A DNA stretch of 64,000 nt from an uncultured Candidatus Rokubacteria bacterium (GTDB taxonomy: Bacteria > Methylomirabilota > Methylomirabilia > Rokubacteriales > DASRDR01), in contig CAWGVS010000012.1 in assembly GCA_963826115.1 (NCBI GenBank), positions 32,001-96,000 of the forward strand. Reading direction: 5' to 3'. Each line of letters starts with the position of its first letter. The first letter of the stretch is position 1. Made by a program: the position numbers and the translations under genes. The notes under the pieces were generated by a model. That model made no database searches, was not told the origin of the DNA, and saw only the letters and a program-made list of their open reading frames with translations. Shown one piece after another: positions 1 through 11,694 of the stretch.

Positions 1-211
1 GAAGGACCGGCTGTCGGCCGAGGATTACGTGGCGCGGGTGGTCGCCGGGGAGCTCAGCGATCCGACGCTGACGGTCCAGCTCCGCTGCGGCTTCGAGGTC
101 CACGGGATCATCCAGGACTACGTCACCGACCCCGCGTGCGACCACAAGGCCGCGTTCATCGTGTGGCGCAACCCGGACTACCGCGGCACGCCGGCGCCGG
201 TCGCCCGGTAG
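1..211 (+). CDS. GNAT-family acetyltransferase, C-terminal part (5' truncated by window)
   Basis: DPTLTVQLRCGFEVHGIIQDY..D..CDHKAAFIVWRNPDY resembles the C-terminus of YkwB-like GNATs. Confidence 0.6.
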   Translation, partial: KDRLSAEDYVARVVAGELSDPTLTVQLRCGFEVHGIIQDYVTDPACDHKAAFIVWRNPDYRGTPAPVAR

Positions 212-239
212 CGGGCGGCGCCCGCTCCGGCTCTGGGCG

Positions 240-647
240 TCAGGCCGGCTTCTTGGCGGCCTTCTCCGCGACCGGGTAGCCGGCCGCCTTCCACGCCGCG
301 AAGCCGCCGTCCATCTCGACGACCCGCCCGAGGCCCATCTGCTGCGCGGTGTCCGTCGCGAGTGCCGATCGCCAGGCCCCGTTGCAATAGAAGACGAACT
401 CCTTACCAGAGGCGAACACGTCCTTGAAGTAGGGGCTCTCGGGGTCGATCCAGAACTCGAGCATGCCCCGCGGACAGTGGAACGCCCCGGGGATCAAGCC
501 CTCCCGCTCGAGCTCCCGGACGTCGCGCAGGTCGACGAAGACGACGTCGTCCTTCCCGTGCCGCGCCCGCGCCTCCTCCAGGCTGACGGTGCGGATGCGC
601 GACTTCGCCTCGTCGACCAGCTGTCGGAACCCCTTCTTGAGCGTCAC
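240..647 (-). CDS. Rhodanese-like domain protein
   Basis: VDLRDVRE, CPRGMLEFW, FYCNGAWRS, GGFAAWKAAG; GTG start after GGAGGG. Confidence 0.9.
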   Translation of the reverse strand: MTLKKGFRQLVDEAKSRIRTVSLEEARARHGKDDVVFVDLRDVRELEREGLIPGAFHCPRGMLEFWIDPESPYFKDVFASGKEFVFYCNGAWRSALATDTAQQMGLGRVVEMDGGFAAWKAAGYPVAEKAAKKPA

Positions 648-833
648 GGCGTGCCCTCCTCCCTGGATCTTGCCACGGCCGTCCCGCCGACGATACCGGG
701 CGCGCGCGCCATCCCGCGCCGTCCGGCGGGCCGATCCGCGCGGTCGAGACCTGGCGCGCCATGCATTTACCCCGTCCGGGGTTTGCACTATTGTGAGGAG
801 GCTTCGGACTCCACAGCGCGAGGAGGAGCTGCC

Positions 834-2327
834 ATGTGGCGCATCGCTTGGATCCTGGCTCTCTGGGGCCTCGTCGGATCGTCCCTGCCTGTCGGCGCTC
901 AGGGCGCCAAGGAAACGCTGTCCGTCGACCTGCCCGGCGAGCCGGCTACGCTCGATCCCCACGTCCAGTGGGACACCGACAGCTACCACGTCTACCGGAA
1001 CATCTTCGACAACCTGGTCACGCGCAATCCCGACGGCCAGATCGTCCCGCAGATCGCCAAGGCGTGGCGCTACGAGAGCGACACCGCGCTGGTCCTCGAC
1101 ATCCGCACCGACGTGAAGTTCCACGACGGGACGCCGCTCACGGTCGACGACGTCGTCTGGAGCGTCCAGCGCATCATCGACCCGGCGTTCAAGAGCCCGC
1201 AGCTCTCGCAGTTCAACAGCATCGTCAAGGCCGAGGCCGTCGGGTCCGACAAGGTGCGGCTGACCACCTCTTCGCCGTATCCCGCGCTCCTGGCCCAGCT
1301 CGTCAAGCTGAGCATCGTGCCCCGCGCGTACGTCCAGAAGGTGGGGAACGAGAAGTTCAACGTCGAGCCGCTCGGGAGCGGGCCATACAAGTTCGTCAGC
1401 TGGCAGAAGGGCGTGCGGGTCACGCTGACCGCCAACGAGGGCTACTGGCGCGGGCGCCCCCCCTTCAAGACCGTCACCTTCCAGATGGTGCCGGACACCG
1501 CGACCCGGATCGCGAACCTGAAGACCGGCCGCGCCGACATCATCCGCCAGCTCAACCCCGACGACGCGGCGAGCCTGAAGGGGGAGTCGCGCCTCCAGAT
1601 CCTCGCGATTCCCACCGAGCGCACCGGCTACCTGTTCGTCAACGCGCTCGCCGGGCCGACCAAGGACGTCCGCGTGCGGCGCGCCATCGCCCACGCCATC
1701 AACCGCCAGCTCCTCATCGACGCGCTCCTCGGCGGGTACGGCCGGCCGGTCACCATCCTGCTCACGCCGGCGAACTTCGGGTACATCGAGGGCATGAAGG
1801 GCTATTCGTTCGACCCGGCGCGGGCGCGCCAGCTTCTCAAGGAGGCCGGGGCGGAGGGCGCCGAGATCTCCTTCTACACCTCACCGGCCTACGACCAGCG
1901 GCTGGTCCAGGCCATCCAGCAGATGCTGCAGGAGGTCGGGCTCAAGGTCGCCATCTCGCAGACAGACCAGCCGACCTTCCTCAAGCGCCGTCAGGGGAAG
2001 CCCGAGGAGGCCGGCAGCATCTCGCTCGGCCGATGGTCGTGCGCGTGCCAGGACGCCGACGGCGTGATCTTCCCCCTGTTCCACAGCCAGAGCCTCTGGG
2101 CGAAGTACGCGAACCCCGCCTTCGACGACGCGGTCACGCGGGCCCGGCAGACCTTGAAGGACGAGGAGCGGCTCAAGCACTATCGCGAGGCCTTCGCCAT
2201 CCTCGAGCAGGACGTGCCGGGTATCGGGCTCTACCAGGACTTCGCCATCTACGGCGCCCGGCGCGAGCTCTCCTGGAAGCCGACGGCGAACGAGGCCTTC
2301 TTCGTGACGGAGATGAAGTGGCAGTAG
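834..2327 (+). CDS. Peptide/nickel ABC transporter substrate-binding protein (family 5)
   Basis: Signal peptide, TLDPH, VKFHDGTPLTVDDVVWS, GSGPYKF; GGAGGAG RBS. Confidence 0.92.
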   Translation: MWRIAWILALWGLVGSSLPVGAQGAKETLSVDLPGEPATLDPHVQWDTDSYHVYRNIFDNLVTRNPDGQIVPQIAKAWRYESDTALVLDIRTDVKFHDGTPLTVDDVVWSVQRIIDPAFKSPQLSQFNSIVKAEAVGSDKVRLTTSSPYPALLAQLVKLSIVPRAYVQKVGNEKFNVEPLGSGPYKFVSWQKGVRVTLTANEGYWRGRPPFKTVTFQMVPDTATRIANLKTGRADIIRQLNPDDAASLKGESRLQILAIPTERTGYLFVNALAGPTKDVRVRRAIAHAINRQLLIDALLGGYGRPVTILLTPANFGYIEGMKGYSFDPARARQLLKEAGAEGAEISFYTSPAYDQRLVQAIQQMLQEVGLKVAISQTDQPTFLKRRQGKPEEAGSISLGRWSCACQDADGVIFPLFHSQSLWAKYANPAFDDAVTRARQTLKDEERLKHYREAFAILEQDVPGIGLYQDFAIYGARRELSWKPTANEAFFVTEMKWQ

Positions 2328-2340
2328 CGAGCGGGCGGGC

Positions 2341-3270
2341 ATGGCCCGCTTCCTCGTAAGCCGCGCCGCTCAGGCCCTCGTCTCCACCCTCGGCGTGTCG
2401 ACGATCGTCTTCGTCGTCATGCACCTCTCGGGCGACCCCACGCTGCTCCTGGTCCCGGACGGGGCCTCCCGCGAGGACGTCGAGCGCCTCCGCCACCAGC
2501 TCGGGTTCGACCGCCCCCTCGCCGTCCAGTACGCCGACTACCTGGCCGGCCTCGCGCGCGGCGACCTCGGCACCTCGCTCGTCCAGCGCGTGCCGGTGGC
2601 CAGCATCGTCGCCGCCCGCCTGCCCTACACGCTCCTCCTCGCGGGCGGGGCGCTCGCGGTCGCGCTCGGGATCGGGCTGCCGGTCGGCGTGATCACCGGC
2701 GTCTGGCGAGGGACCCGCGTCGAGGCGCTCCTCATGCCGGTCGTGCTGGTCGGCCAGAGCATGCCCACCTTCTGGAGCGGGATCCTGCTCATCCTCCTCT
2801 GCGCGGTGACGTGGAACGTCCTCCCCGCGTCGGGCGCGGACAGCTGGAGCTCGCTGGTCATGCCCTCGATCACGCTCGGCGCCCTGTCCATGGCGACATT
2901 CGCCCGCATCACGCGAATCGGCGTCGTCGAGGAGCTCGGCAAGGACTACGTGCGGGCCAGCCGGGCCAAAGGCCTCGCGACGACCCCGATCGTCCTCCGG
3001 CACGTGCTCCGCAACGCGTCGATTCCCGTCATCACCGTCGCCGCCCTCGAGATCGCGAACCTCCTGGCCGGCGCGGTCATCGTCGAGACGGTGTTCGCGT
3101 GGCCCGGCCTCGGCCAGCTGGCGGTCCAGTCGATCGCGGGGCGCGACTTCCTGGTCGTGCAGGCGCTCGTGCTGCTCGCCTCGTTCACGTGCGTCGCGCT
3201 CAATCTCCTGGCCGACCTCCTCTACGGCGTCGTCGATCCGCGGATCGCGCGGCTGGCGGGCGCCCGATGA
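2341..3270 (+). CDS. Peptide ABC permease (DppB-like)
   Basis: LGFDRPLAVQY, DYVRASRAKG, ETVFAWPGLG. Confidence 0.92.
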   Translation: MARFLVSRAAQALVSTLGVSTIVFVVMHLSGDPTLLLVPDGASREDVERLRHQLGFDRPLAVQYADYLAGLARGDLGTSLVQRVPVASIVAARLPYTLLLAGGALAVALGIGLPVGVITGVWRGTRVEALLMPVVLVGQSMPTFWSGILLILLCAVTWNVLPASGADSWSSLVMPSITLGALSMATFARITRIGVVEELGKDYVRASRAKGLATTPIVLRHVLRNASIPVITVAALEIANLLAGAVIVETVFAWPGLGQLAVQSIAGRDFLVVQALVLLASFTCVALNLLADLLYGVVDPRIARLAGAR

Positions 3271-4133
3271 GCGGCGCGGCGGTCACCGCCGAGCTCGGCG
3301 CTCCCGCCCGGAGCCGGGTGGCGGCGGTTCTTCCGGCGGGCCTGCTGCTCCTGTTCGTCGTCCTGGCGATCGCGGCGCCACTCCTCGCCCCCGCCGATCC
3401 GGCGCGCCAGTCGTTGCTCGCCCGTCTCCGCCCGCCCGGGACGCGCGTCGGCGCGACCACCTACTGGCTCGGCACCGACGAGCTGGGCCGCGACCTCCTG
3501 AGCCGCGTGCTCTACGGCGCGCGGGTCTCCCTGCTGGTCGCGTTCCTTTCCGTGTGCGTCTCCGGCGTCGTCGGGACGATGCTCGGAATGCTCGCCGGGT
3601 TCCGCCGCGGCCTCATGGAGGGCCTCATCATGCGCGCCGTCGACATGGTGCTCTCGATCCCGCCCATCCTGCTCGCCATCATCACCGTCGCGGTCCTCGG
3701 GCCCGGCCTCCAGAACCTCGTCCTGGTCCTCGGGTTCACCCGGTGGCCGCGCTACACGCGCGTCGCCTACGGCCAGACCCTCCGGGTCGCGACGCTGCCG
3801 TTCATCACCGCGTCCCGACTGGGCGGCGCCCGGAGCGGACGCCTCCTCGCCCGCCACGTGCTCCCGAACATCCTGGCCGCGCTCGTCGTGGTCGCCACGC
3901 TCGAGTTCGGTCTCATGGTGCTCTTCGAGGCGGGCTTGTCGTTCCTCGGCCTCGGGATCCAGCCGCCGACGCCGAGCTGGGGGGCGATCCTCGCCGTCGG
4001 GCGCAACTACATCGCCTCCGCGTGGTGGATCGCGACGCTCCCGGGCCTCTGCCTGTTCGGGCTGGTCCTGACCGTGAACCTCCTGGGCGACCAGCTCCGG
4101 GACCGCCTCGATCCCCGGTCGGTCGTCCGGTGA
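3267..4133 (+). CDS. Peptide ABC permease (DppC-like)
   Basis: LGTDELGRDLLSR, EAGLSFLGLG..PPTPSWG; ATGA overlap with upstream gene. Confidence 0.92.
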   Translation: MSGAAVTAELGAPARSRVAAVLPAGLLLLFVVLAIAAPLLAPADPARQSLLARLRPPGTRVGATTYWLGTDELGRDLLSRVLYGARVSLLVAFLSVCVSGVVGTMLGMLAGFRRGLMEGLIMRAVDMVLSIPPILLAIITVAVLGPGLQNLVLVLGFTRWPRYTRVAYGQTLRVATLPFITASRLGGARSGRLLARHVLPNILAALVVVATLEFGLMVLFEAGLSFLGLGIQPPTPSWGAILAVGRNYIASAWWIATLPGLCLFGLVLTVNLLGDQLRDRLDPRSVVR

Positions 4134-4138
4134 CCGCG

Positions 4139-4942
4139 ATGGACGCGGCTCGCCCGTTCGCCGACGCGCGCGTGGTGATCACCGGCGCCGGGGGCATCTT
4201 CGGCCGGCGGATCGCCGGGGCCTTCGCGACGGCCGGCGCGCGCCTCTGCCTGTCCGACCCCCGGCCCGACGTCCTCGATCGTCTCCCCGCGGAGCTGGGG
4301 CTCCCCCGCGACGCGACGCTCCGCCATGCGACGGAGCTCCGCGAGGAGGCCTCGATCCTGGAGCTGGTCCGGCTCGTCGCGGACGCATGGCGCGCGCCCG
4401 ACATCCTCGTCAACAACGCGGGAGTCTACCCGCGGGGCCACCTCCTCGACGTGGCCGTCGACGAGTGGGACCGGATCATGGACGTCAACCTGCGGGCGCC
4501 GTTCATCCTGACCCGGGAGATGGCGCGCCTGATGATCGGGGCCGGCGTCCCCGGCTCGGTGGTCAACATCACGTCGGGCGCGGCGCAGCGCGTGCGGACG
4601 GGCTCCGTGCCGTACAGCGCGTCGAAGCTGGCGCTCGAGCGCCTGACCGCCGGGCTCGCGCTCGAGCTGGCGCCCCACCGGATCCGGGTGAACGCGGTGT
4701 CGCCCGGCTTCGCGCCGGGAAGCGTCGTGAGCCCGCTGTCGCCCGAGTACGTCGAGGCCATGCTGGCGCGCATCCCGCTCGGCCGCGCATCCGGGCCGGA
4801 CGACGCCCCGAACGCGATCCTGTTCCTGTGCTCGCCCCAGGCGTCCTTCATCACGGGCGCCACGCTCGCCGTGGACGGCGGGAACGCCCTCGGCACGGTC
4901 GACCCCACGGCCGCCCCGCCCGAGGCTCCCCCGGCGCGATGA
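4139..4942 (+). CDS. SDR-family oxidoreductase
   Basis: TGAGGIFG, NNAG, YSASK, IRVNAVSPG, VDGG. Confidence 0.9.
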   Translation: MDAARPFADARVVITGAGGIFGRRIAGAFATAGARLCLSDPRPDVLDRLPAELGLPRDATLRHATELREEASILELVRLVADAWRAPDILVNNAGVYPRGHLLDVAVDEWDRIMDVNLRAPFILTREMARLMIGAGVPGSVVNITSGAAQRVRTGSVPYSASKLALERLTAGLALELAPHRIRVNAVSPGFAPGSVVSPLSPEYVEAMLARIPLGRASGPDDAPNAILFLCSPQASFITGATLAVDGGNALGTVDPTAAPPEAPPAR

Positions 4943-4956
4943 GCTGATCCCCGCCC

Positions 4957-5930
4957 GTGGCCCGCGGCCCCGTCCTCGCGGTCGAGCGTCTGGAGGTCGC
5001 CATCGGGGCGACGCGCGTGGTCGACGGCGTGACGTTCGAGCTCGCCGCCGGGGAGATCCACGCGCTCGTCGGCGAGAGCGGCTCCGGGAAATCGATGACC
5101 GCGCTCGCGATCATGCGGCTCTTGCCGCCCGCCGCGCGGGCCGTGTCGGGTCGCGTCGTGCTCGAGGGCACCGACCTGCTCGCGCTCCCCGAGACCGAGA
5201 TGCGCGCCGTTCGCGGGGGGCGCGTCTCGATCATCTTCCAGGAGCCCGCCAGCTCGCTCGATCCGGTCATGACCGTCGGCGACCAGCTGGTCGAGGCGCT
5301 CCGGGCGCACCGGCCGGTCCGCAAGGACGAGGCGCGCCGCCAGGCCGCCACCCTGCTCGGCGCCGTCGGCATCGCGGACCCTGCCCGGCGGCTCCGGCAG
5401 TATCCGTTCGAGCTCTCGGGCGGGATGTGCCAGCGCGTGATGATCGCCACCGCGCTCGCCGGGAAGCCCGCGGTCCTCCTCGCCGACGAGCCGACCACCG
5501 CCCTCGACGTCACCATCCAGGCGCAGATCCTCGGGCTCATCAAGCAGATCCGGACGGAGACGGGCGCCGCGGTGCTCCTCATCACCCACGACATGGGCGT
5601 GGTGGCCGACGTCGCCGATCGGGTGCTCGTGATGTATGCCGGCCGGATCGTGGAGGCGGCGCCGGTCGAGGCGCTGTTCGCGGCCCCCCGTCATCCGTAT
5701 ACGTGGCTCCTCCTGCGGAGCCTGCCGCGGCTCGACGGCGCGCCAAAGGCCCGCTTGCCGATCATCGAGGGCACGGTCCCCGCGGCCGGCGGCTGGCCCA
5801 CCGGCTGTCGCTTCGCGCCGCGCTGTCCGCTCGCCACCGACCGCTGCGGCGAGGCCGATCCAACGCTGACGCCGATCGGTGAGGACCGGACGGTCGCGTG
5901 CTGGCACGCCGATCGGGTCGGGCTCTCCCC

Positions 5931-5934
<4 letters not shown>
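4957..5934 (+). CDS. Peptide ABC ATP-binding protein (OppD-like)
   Basis: [22 protein letters not shown]-terminal Cys cluster. Confidence 0.92.
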
Positions 5935-6902
<968 letters not shown>

Positions 6903-6937
6903 TCGTCCGGGACGGCGCGCGCCCCGCGGGCGCGGGC

Positions 6938-8208
6938 CTAGTCGAAGAACAGGCGCGGCAGGAAGAGGATCAGGCTCGGCCAGACGTGACGATCACCTGC
7001 ACGATCAGGAGCGGGCCCAGGAACGGCAGGATGGCGCGAGCGAGGAGGTGGAACGGGATGTTGCCCACCTTCGCGACCACGAACAGCGCGACCCCGAACG
7101 GCGGCGTCAGGATCCCGATCATGAGGTTCATCACGACGATCACGCCGAAGTGGACCGGGTCGATCCCGACCGCCTGCGTCACGGGCAGGAGGACGGGCAC
7201 CAGCAGGATCATGATCGCCAGCCCTTCCATGATGCAGCCCAGGAAGAGCAGCAGGAGGTTGATGATCATGAGGATCACCAGCGGGTCCTGGGAGAAGTTC
7301 AGGAACAAGGCCGCCACCTTCTGCGGCACCTGCTCCCGCGCCAGCACCCAGCCGAAGAGGCTCGCCCCCGCCACGATGAGCCCGACGACGGCCGACGTGC
7401 TGACGGCCTCCTTGAAGATCCGCGGCAGGTCGCGCCAGGACATCTCGCGGTAGATGAACAGGCCGAGCGCCAGCGAGTAGATCGCGGCGACCGCCGCCGC
7501 CTCGGTCGGGGTGAAGATACCGCCGAAGATCCCGCCCATGATGATCAGCGGAGTCACCAGGGCCAGGGAGGCGCGCCTGAACGACGCCCAGAGCTCGCCC
7601 AGGCTCGCCCGCGGATGGCGCGGCATGTTCCGCTTCCGGGCCCAGAAGTACACCTGGATCATGAGGACGCCCGCCGTCAGGAGCCCCGGGACGATCCCGG
7701 CCAGGAACAGCGAGCCCACTGACGTGTTGGCGATGACGCCGTAGATCACCATGGGGATCGACGGCGGGACGAGCGGCCCGATGATGCAGGACGCGCACGT
7801 GAGCGCGCCGGCGTACTCGACCGGGAAGCCGTCCTCCTTCATCGCCTTGATCTCGAGGACGCCGAGGCCGCCGGCGTCCGCGATGGCCGACCCGGACATG
7901 CCGGAGAAGATCAGGCTCCCGAGGACGTTCACGTGGGCGAGCCCGCCGGTGAAGTGGCCGACCAGCGCCTTCGCGAACCCGTAGATGCGATCGGTCACCC
8001 CGCCGCTGTTCATGGCCACGCCGGCGAGGATGAAGCAGGGCACCGCGAGGAGCGGGAAGGAATCGATACCCCCGATCAGACGCTGGGGCGCGCTGACCAT
8101 GGACCCGCCCTCGATGAGGAGCCAGGCCATCCCCATGAAGATCAGGGAGAACGAGACCGGCATGCTCGCCGCTACCAGCGTCAGCCAGGCGACGAAGTAG
8201 CCGACCAT
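6938..8208 (-). CDS. dctM: TRAP transporter large permease; apparent 1-nt deletion near 6984
   Basis: SGSAIAD, PPSIP, GIDPVHFG, TPPFG; typical C-terminus WPSLILFLPRLF continues in another frame. Confidence 0.88.
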
Positions 8209-8715
8209 CTAGACCACGCCCCGGATCTCGGGCTCGAGCGCGTCCCCACCCCGGTAGCGGCGGACGTCCTCGCTCATCACCGCCAGCGTCCGGATCGTCA
8301 TGAGGACCGCGGTCACCGGCACGATCACGTAGACCCACGCGTACGGGATGTCGAGGACGACCAGCGGGATGTTGAGCTGCCGCAGCGTCGCGCGGATGCC
8401 CCAGTAGAAGAGGTTCGCCAGCACGAACAGCACGCACACGTTGACCAGGAGGCCGATCGCCAGCCGCAGCGGCCGTGACAGCTTGAGGACAAGGAAGTCG
8501 ATCGCCACGTGGGTCCGCTCGGTGACGGCCGCGCTCGACCCCAGGAAGACGACGTACACGTAGAGATACCGGGCGGCCTCCTCCGTCCACGACAGGGGGT
8601 CGCGCGTGATGAAGCGCGTGAAGACCTGGAGGAACAGGGTCACGAGGAGGCCGCCAAGGCAGAGTGCGGCGAGGTTCTCCTCGAACCGCAGGAAGAAGCG
8701 CTTGACGTGGGTCAC
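8209..8715 (-). CDS. dctQ: TRAP transporter small permease
   Basis: QVFTRF, WTEEAARY, HVAID; four TM segments. Confidence 0.88.
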   Translation of the reverse strand: MTHVKRFFLRFEENLAALCLGGLLVTLFLQVFTRFITRDPLSWTEEAARYLYVYVVFLGSSAAVTERTHVAIDFLVLKLSRPLRLAIGLLVNVCVLFVLANLFYWGIRATLRQLNIPLVVLDIPYAWVYVIVPVTAVLMTIRTLAVMSEDVRRYRGGDALEPEIRGVV

Positions 8716-8812
8716 GCGAGAGGGATCCGGACGGGCGAAACGGGCGCGGTGCGCACAGGAGCGCGAGGCGCGGCCAGCGACGCGCTCCCGCCGGCCGCGC
8801 CCCTCACTCGAA

Positions 8813-9820
8813 CTACCGGATGGCCTGCATCTGGTCGAAGATGCCCTTCGGCCAGCCCATGTCCTTCTCGCCCACCTCGATGACCGAGCTCATCCGCTTG
8901 CGGAACGACTCCCGGTCCGAGTTGACGATCGTCATGCCTTTGGTCTTGAAGAAGTCGGTGAGCCGCGCCTCGTTGGCGCGCGTCAGCTCGTCGTTGACCT
9001 TGGCCCCCTCGGTGAACGCCGCGCGGAGGGCTTGCTGGTCCGCGGGGGTCATCGCGTCGTAGGCCTTCTTGTTCACCATGATGAGGATCGGCACGATGAC
9101 GTGGCCGGTCAGGTTCAGGTACTTCTGGACCTCGAAGAACTTCTGGTCGTTGATGGTGCCGACCGGGTTCTCCTGGCCGTCCGCCACGCCGGTCTGGAGG
9201 CTCAGGTACACCTCGCCGAGACTCATCGGGGTCGGCGTCGCCTCGAGCGCCCGGATCATCGCCAGGAACAGCGGCGCCTCCGGCACCCGGATCTTGAGCC
9301 CCTTCACGTCCGCCGCCGTCTGGAGCGGCTTGTTCTTGGTCGTGAAGTGGCGGACGCCGTAATAGAAGGTCCCGACGTGGACCATGTTGCGGTCGTGGGC
9401 GAGCTTGCCGAGCTGCTCCTGTCCGAACGGGGACGCCAGCATCTTCTGGACGTGATCCCAGTCCCGCGACACGAAGGGCGCCTCGAAGAGCGACAGCGCC
9501 TTGTTGAGGTTCGACAGGGAGCCCGGGCCCTCCGAGATGAAGTCGAGCGTCCCGTCGATCACCTGGGCGACCATCTCGCGAGCCGCGCCGAGCTGGCTCG
9601 ACGGGAAGACGTTGACCTTGTAGCGGCCGTTCGTCGACTTGGCGAACTCCTCCGCGGCCTTGGTGACCCCCTTGTGGATCGGGCTCTCGGCCGAGTGGAG
9701 ATGGCCGAAACGGAGCTCCTTGGTCTGCGCGAGCGCGGGGGCGGCGGCCAGCGTGATCGCCGCGAGCGCCGTCAGCGCCCACGCGGCAAGCCGGATCGGC
9801 TGGACTCCCTTGTCCGTCAT
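8813..9820 (-). CDS. dctP: TRAP transporter substrate-binding protein
   Basis: Signal peptide, KGLKIRV, LQTGVADGQENP, FFEVQKYLNLTGH. Confidence 0.9.
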   Translation of the reverse strand: MTDKGVQPIRLAAWALTALAAITLAAAPALAQTKELRFGHLHSAESPIHKGVTKAAEEFAKSTNGRYKVNVFPSSQLGAAREMVAQVIDGTLDFISEGPGSLSNLNKALSLFEAPFVSRDWDHVQKMLASPFGQEQLGKLAHDRNMVHVGTFYYGVRHFTTKNKPLQTAADVKGLKIRVPEAPLFLAMIRALEATPTPMSLGEVYLSLQTGVADGQENPVGTINDQKFFEVQKYLNLTGHVIVPILIMVNKKAYDAMTPADQQALRAAFTEGAKVNDELTRANEARLTDFFKTKGMTIVNSDRESFRKRMSSVIEVGEKDMGWPKGIFDQMQAIR

Positions 9821-9890
9821 CAACGACCTCCTCGAGGTGCCTCGGGGTGCTCGAATGCCGTGGTTCGCGTGAAAGCGTACGGCTCCGGCG

Positions 9891-9919
9891 AGTCTAGTGG
9901 ATCTGTCTTGACGGCGCAA
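9891..9919 (-). promoter_or_regulatory. Putative sigma70 promoter of TRAP operon
   Basis: TTGCGC-N17-TAGACT on minus strand. Confidence 0.5.
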
Positions 9920-9929
9920 CGTGACCGGG

Positions 9930-10757
9930 CTAGCCCTTGAGGCCGCCCGCGGCGAGGCTGGCGACGATGTGCCGCTGCACGGTCAGCGTCAGCAAGAGGA
10001 CGGGCGCGGTGATGAGGAGGGCGGCGGCGGCCAGCGGTCCCCAGTTGATCTGCTCGAAGCTCATCACGTTGAACACCGCGACCGGCAGGGTCTGGAGCCG
10101 CGGGCCCGCCAGCACGACGGCGAAGATCAGGTTGTTCCACGAGAAGATGAACGCGAGGATCCCCGACACCACGATCCCGGGCCGGGTGAGCGGGAGCGCC
10201 ACTCGCAGGAAGCTCCCGAAGCGGGAGCACCCGTCGATCAGCGCGGCGTCCTCCAGGTCCGGATGCACGCCCTCGAAGAACCCCATCATGATCCACATGA
10301 CGAGCGGCAGCCCGATGATCAGGTGCGAGATGATCAGCGCGTGGTAGGTGTTCGACAGCCCGAGCTGCTGGAACAGGAGGAACCAGGGAATCAGGTAGCT
10401 GAGCGCCGGCGTGATCCGCGCCACCAGGATGAGGAGCGCCAGGCCGTAGCGGCGGGACCGGGCGATGCCGTAGCCCGCGGGCACGCCCAGGAGCAGCGCC
10501 AGGGCGGTCGAGCCGACTCCCACCACGATGCTGTTCACGGCGAAGCGCGGAAGCGGACTGCTCTGGAACACGTAGACGTAGTTCTTCAGCGTCAGGCTGT
10601 GCGGAATGAGGACCGGCGGGTTCGCCAGGTTGTCGACGTCCGTCTTGAGCGACAGCGAGATCATCCAGTAGAAGAAGAACAGCGTGGGCGCCATGAGCAG
10701 GAACAGGAAGCCCGCGAACGCCAGCCGGCTCCCGAGCCGACGCGCCGTCACTGCCAT
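9930..10757 (-). CDS. Carbohydrate ABC permease (MalG-like)
   Basis: LEDAALIDGCS EAA motif, FIFSWN, TLPV. Confidence 0.9.
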   Translation of the reverse strand: MAVTARRLGSRLAFAGFLFLLMAPTLFFFYWMISLSLKTDVDNLANPPVLIPHSLTLKNYVYVFQSSPLPRFAVNSIVVGVGSTALALLLGVPAGYGIARSRRYGLALLILVARITPALSYLIPWFLLFQQLGLSNTYHALIISHLIIGLPLVMWIMMGFFEGVHPDLEDAALIDGCSRFGSFLRVALPLTRPGIVVSGILAFIFSWNNLIFAVVLAGPRLQTLPVAVFNVMSFEQINWGPLAAAALLITAPVLLLTLTVQRHIVASLAAGGLKG

Positions 10758-11662
10758 GACGTCTTCTGCCGGGTGATCATCAGGCCCACGCTCATGACCA
10801 TGAGGATCAGGAAGTACACGACGACCACCGCCGAGGCGAAGCCGATGTTGAAGAAGGCGAAGGCCTGGAGGTACAGGAAGATGTTGAGCGTCTCCGTCGC
10901 GGTGCCCGGCCCCCCCTGCGTCATCACGTAGATGATGTCGAAGGTCTTGAGCGCGTCGATGGCCCGCAGGATGATCGCCACCATGATGTAGGGCCACACC
11001 AGCGGGATCGTCACGTACCGGATGACCTGCCAGCGGCTGGCCCCGTCGATCCGCGCGGCCTCGTAGGGCTCCGTGGGCAGGGCGGCCAGACCGCCGAGGA
11101 CGATCAGCATCACGAAGGGCGTCCACTGCCAGGTCTCGACCAGCGCGAGGCTCGGCAGCGCCGAGGTCCGCGAGAAGATCCACGGCTGCGGTCCGATCCC
11201 CACGAGGCTCAGGAGGTAGTTCAGGATCCCGAGCTGCGGGTGGAACATCATCTGCCAGATGAGGGCGATGGAGACCGGCGTCGCCATCATGGGAAGCGAG
11301 AAGATCGTCCGGATCAGCCCGCGGCCCGGGAACGGGCGCGCGAACGCGAGCGCCGCCGCCGTGCCCAGGACGGTCGGCCCCAGCACGCCGATCGCCGTGA
11401 AGAGGAACGTGCGCGGGATCGCCTCGAGGAAGCGCTGGTTCCCGAGGAGCTGGCGGTAGTTGGCGAGGCCGATGAACGGCGGCGGGCCGGCCGCCCCCAT
11501 CGAGTACTCGTGGACCGCCATCCACAAGGTGTAGACGAGCGGGTACGCGATGATGAGCAGGATGGTGACCACGGCGGGCAGGATCATCAGCGTGTACACG
11601 TGACGGCCCAGCCCGCGGCGAGCCCGCCGCGGGCTGGGGAGGGTACGCGCGCCGACGGCCAC
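10748..11662 (-). CDS. Carbohydrate ABC permease (MalF-like); start uncertain
   Basis: FIGLANY, WQWTPF, YEAARIDGAS, TQGGPG. Confidence 0.88.
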   Translation of the reverse strand: MAVGARTLPSPRRARRGLGRHVYTLMILPAVVTILLIIAYPLVYTLWMAVHEYSMGAAGPPPFIGLANYRQLLGNQRFLEAIPRTFLFTAIGVLGPTVLGTAAALAFARPFPGRGLIRTIFSLPMMATPVSIALIWQMMFHPQLGILNYLLSLVGIGPQPWIFSRTSALPSLALVETWQWTPFVMLIVLGGLAALPTEPYEAARIDGASRWQVIRYVTIPLVWPYIMVAIILRAIDALKTFDIIYVMTQGGPGTATETLNIFLYLQAFAFFNIGFASAVVVVYFLILMVMSVGLMITRQKTSWQ

Positions 11663-11694
11663 GGTGCGGTGGTCCTCGGAGCCGGCGATGAGGA

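Noticed and set aside
752-765. TGGCGCGCCATGCA as a sigma54 promoter
   Set aside because: GG-to-GC spacing is 8, not 10.
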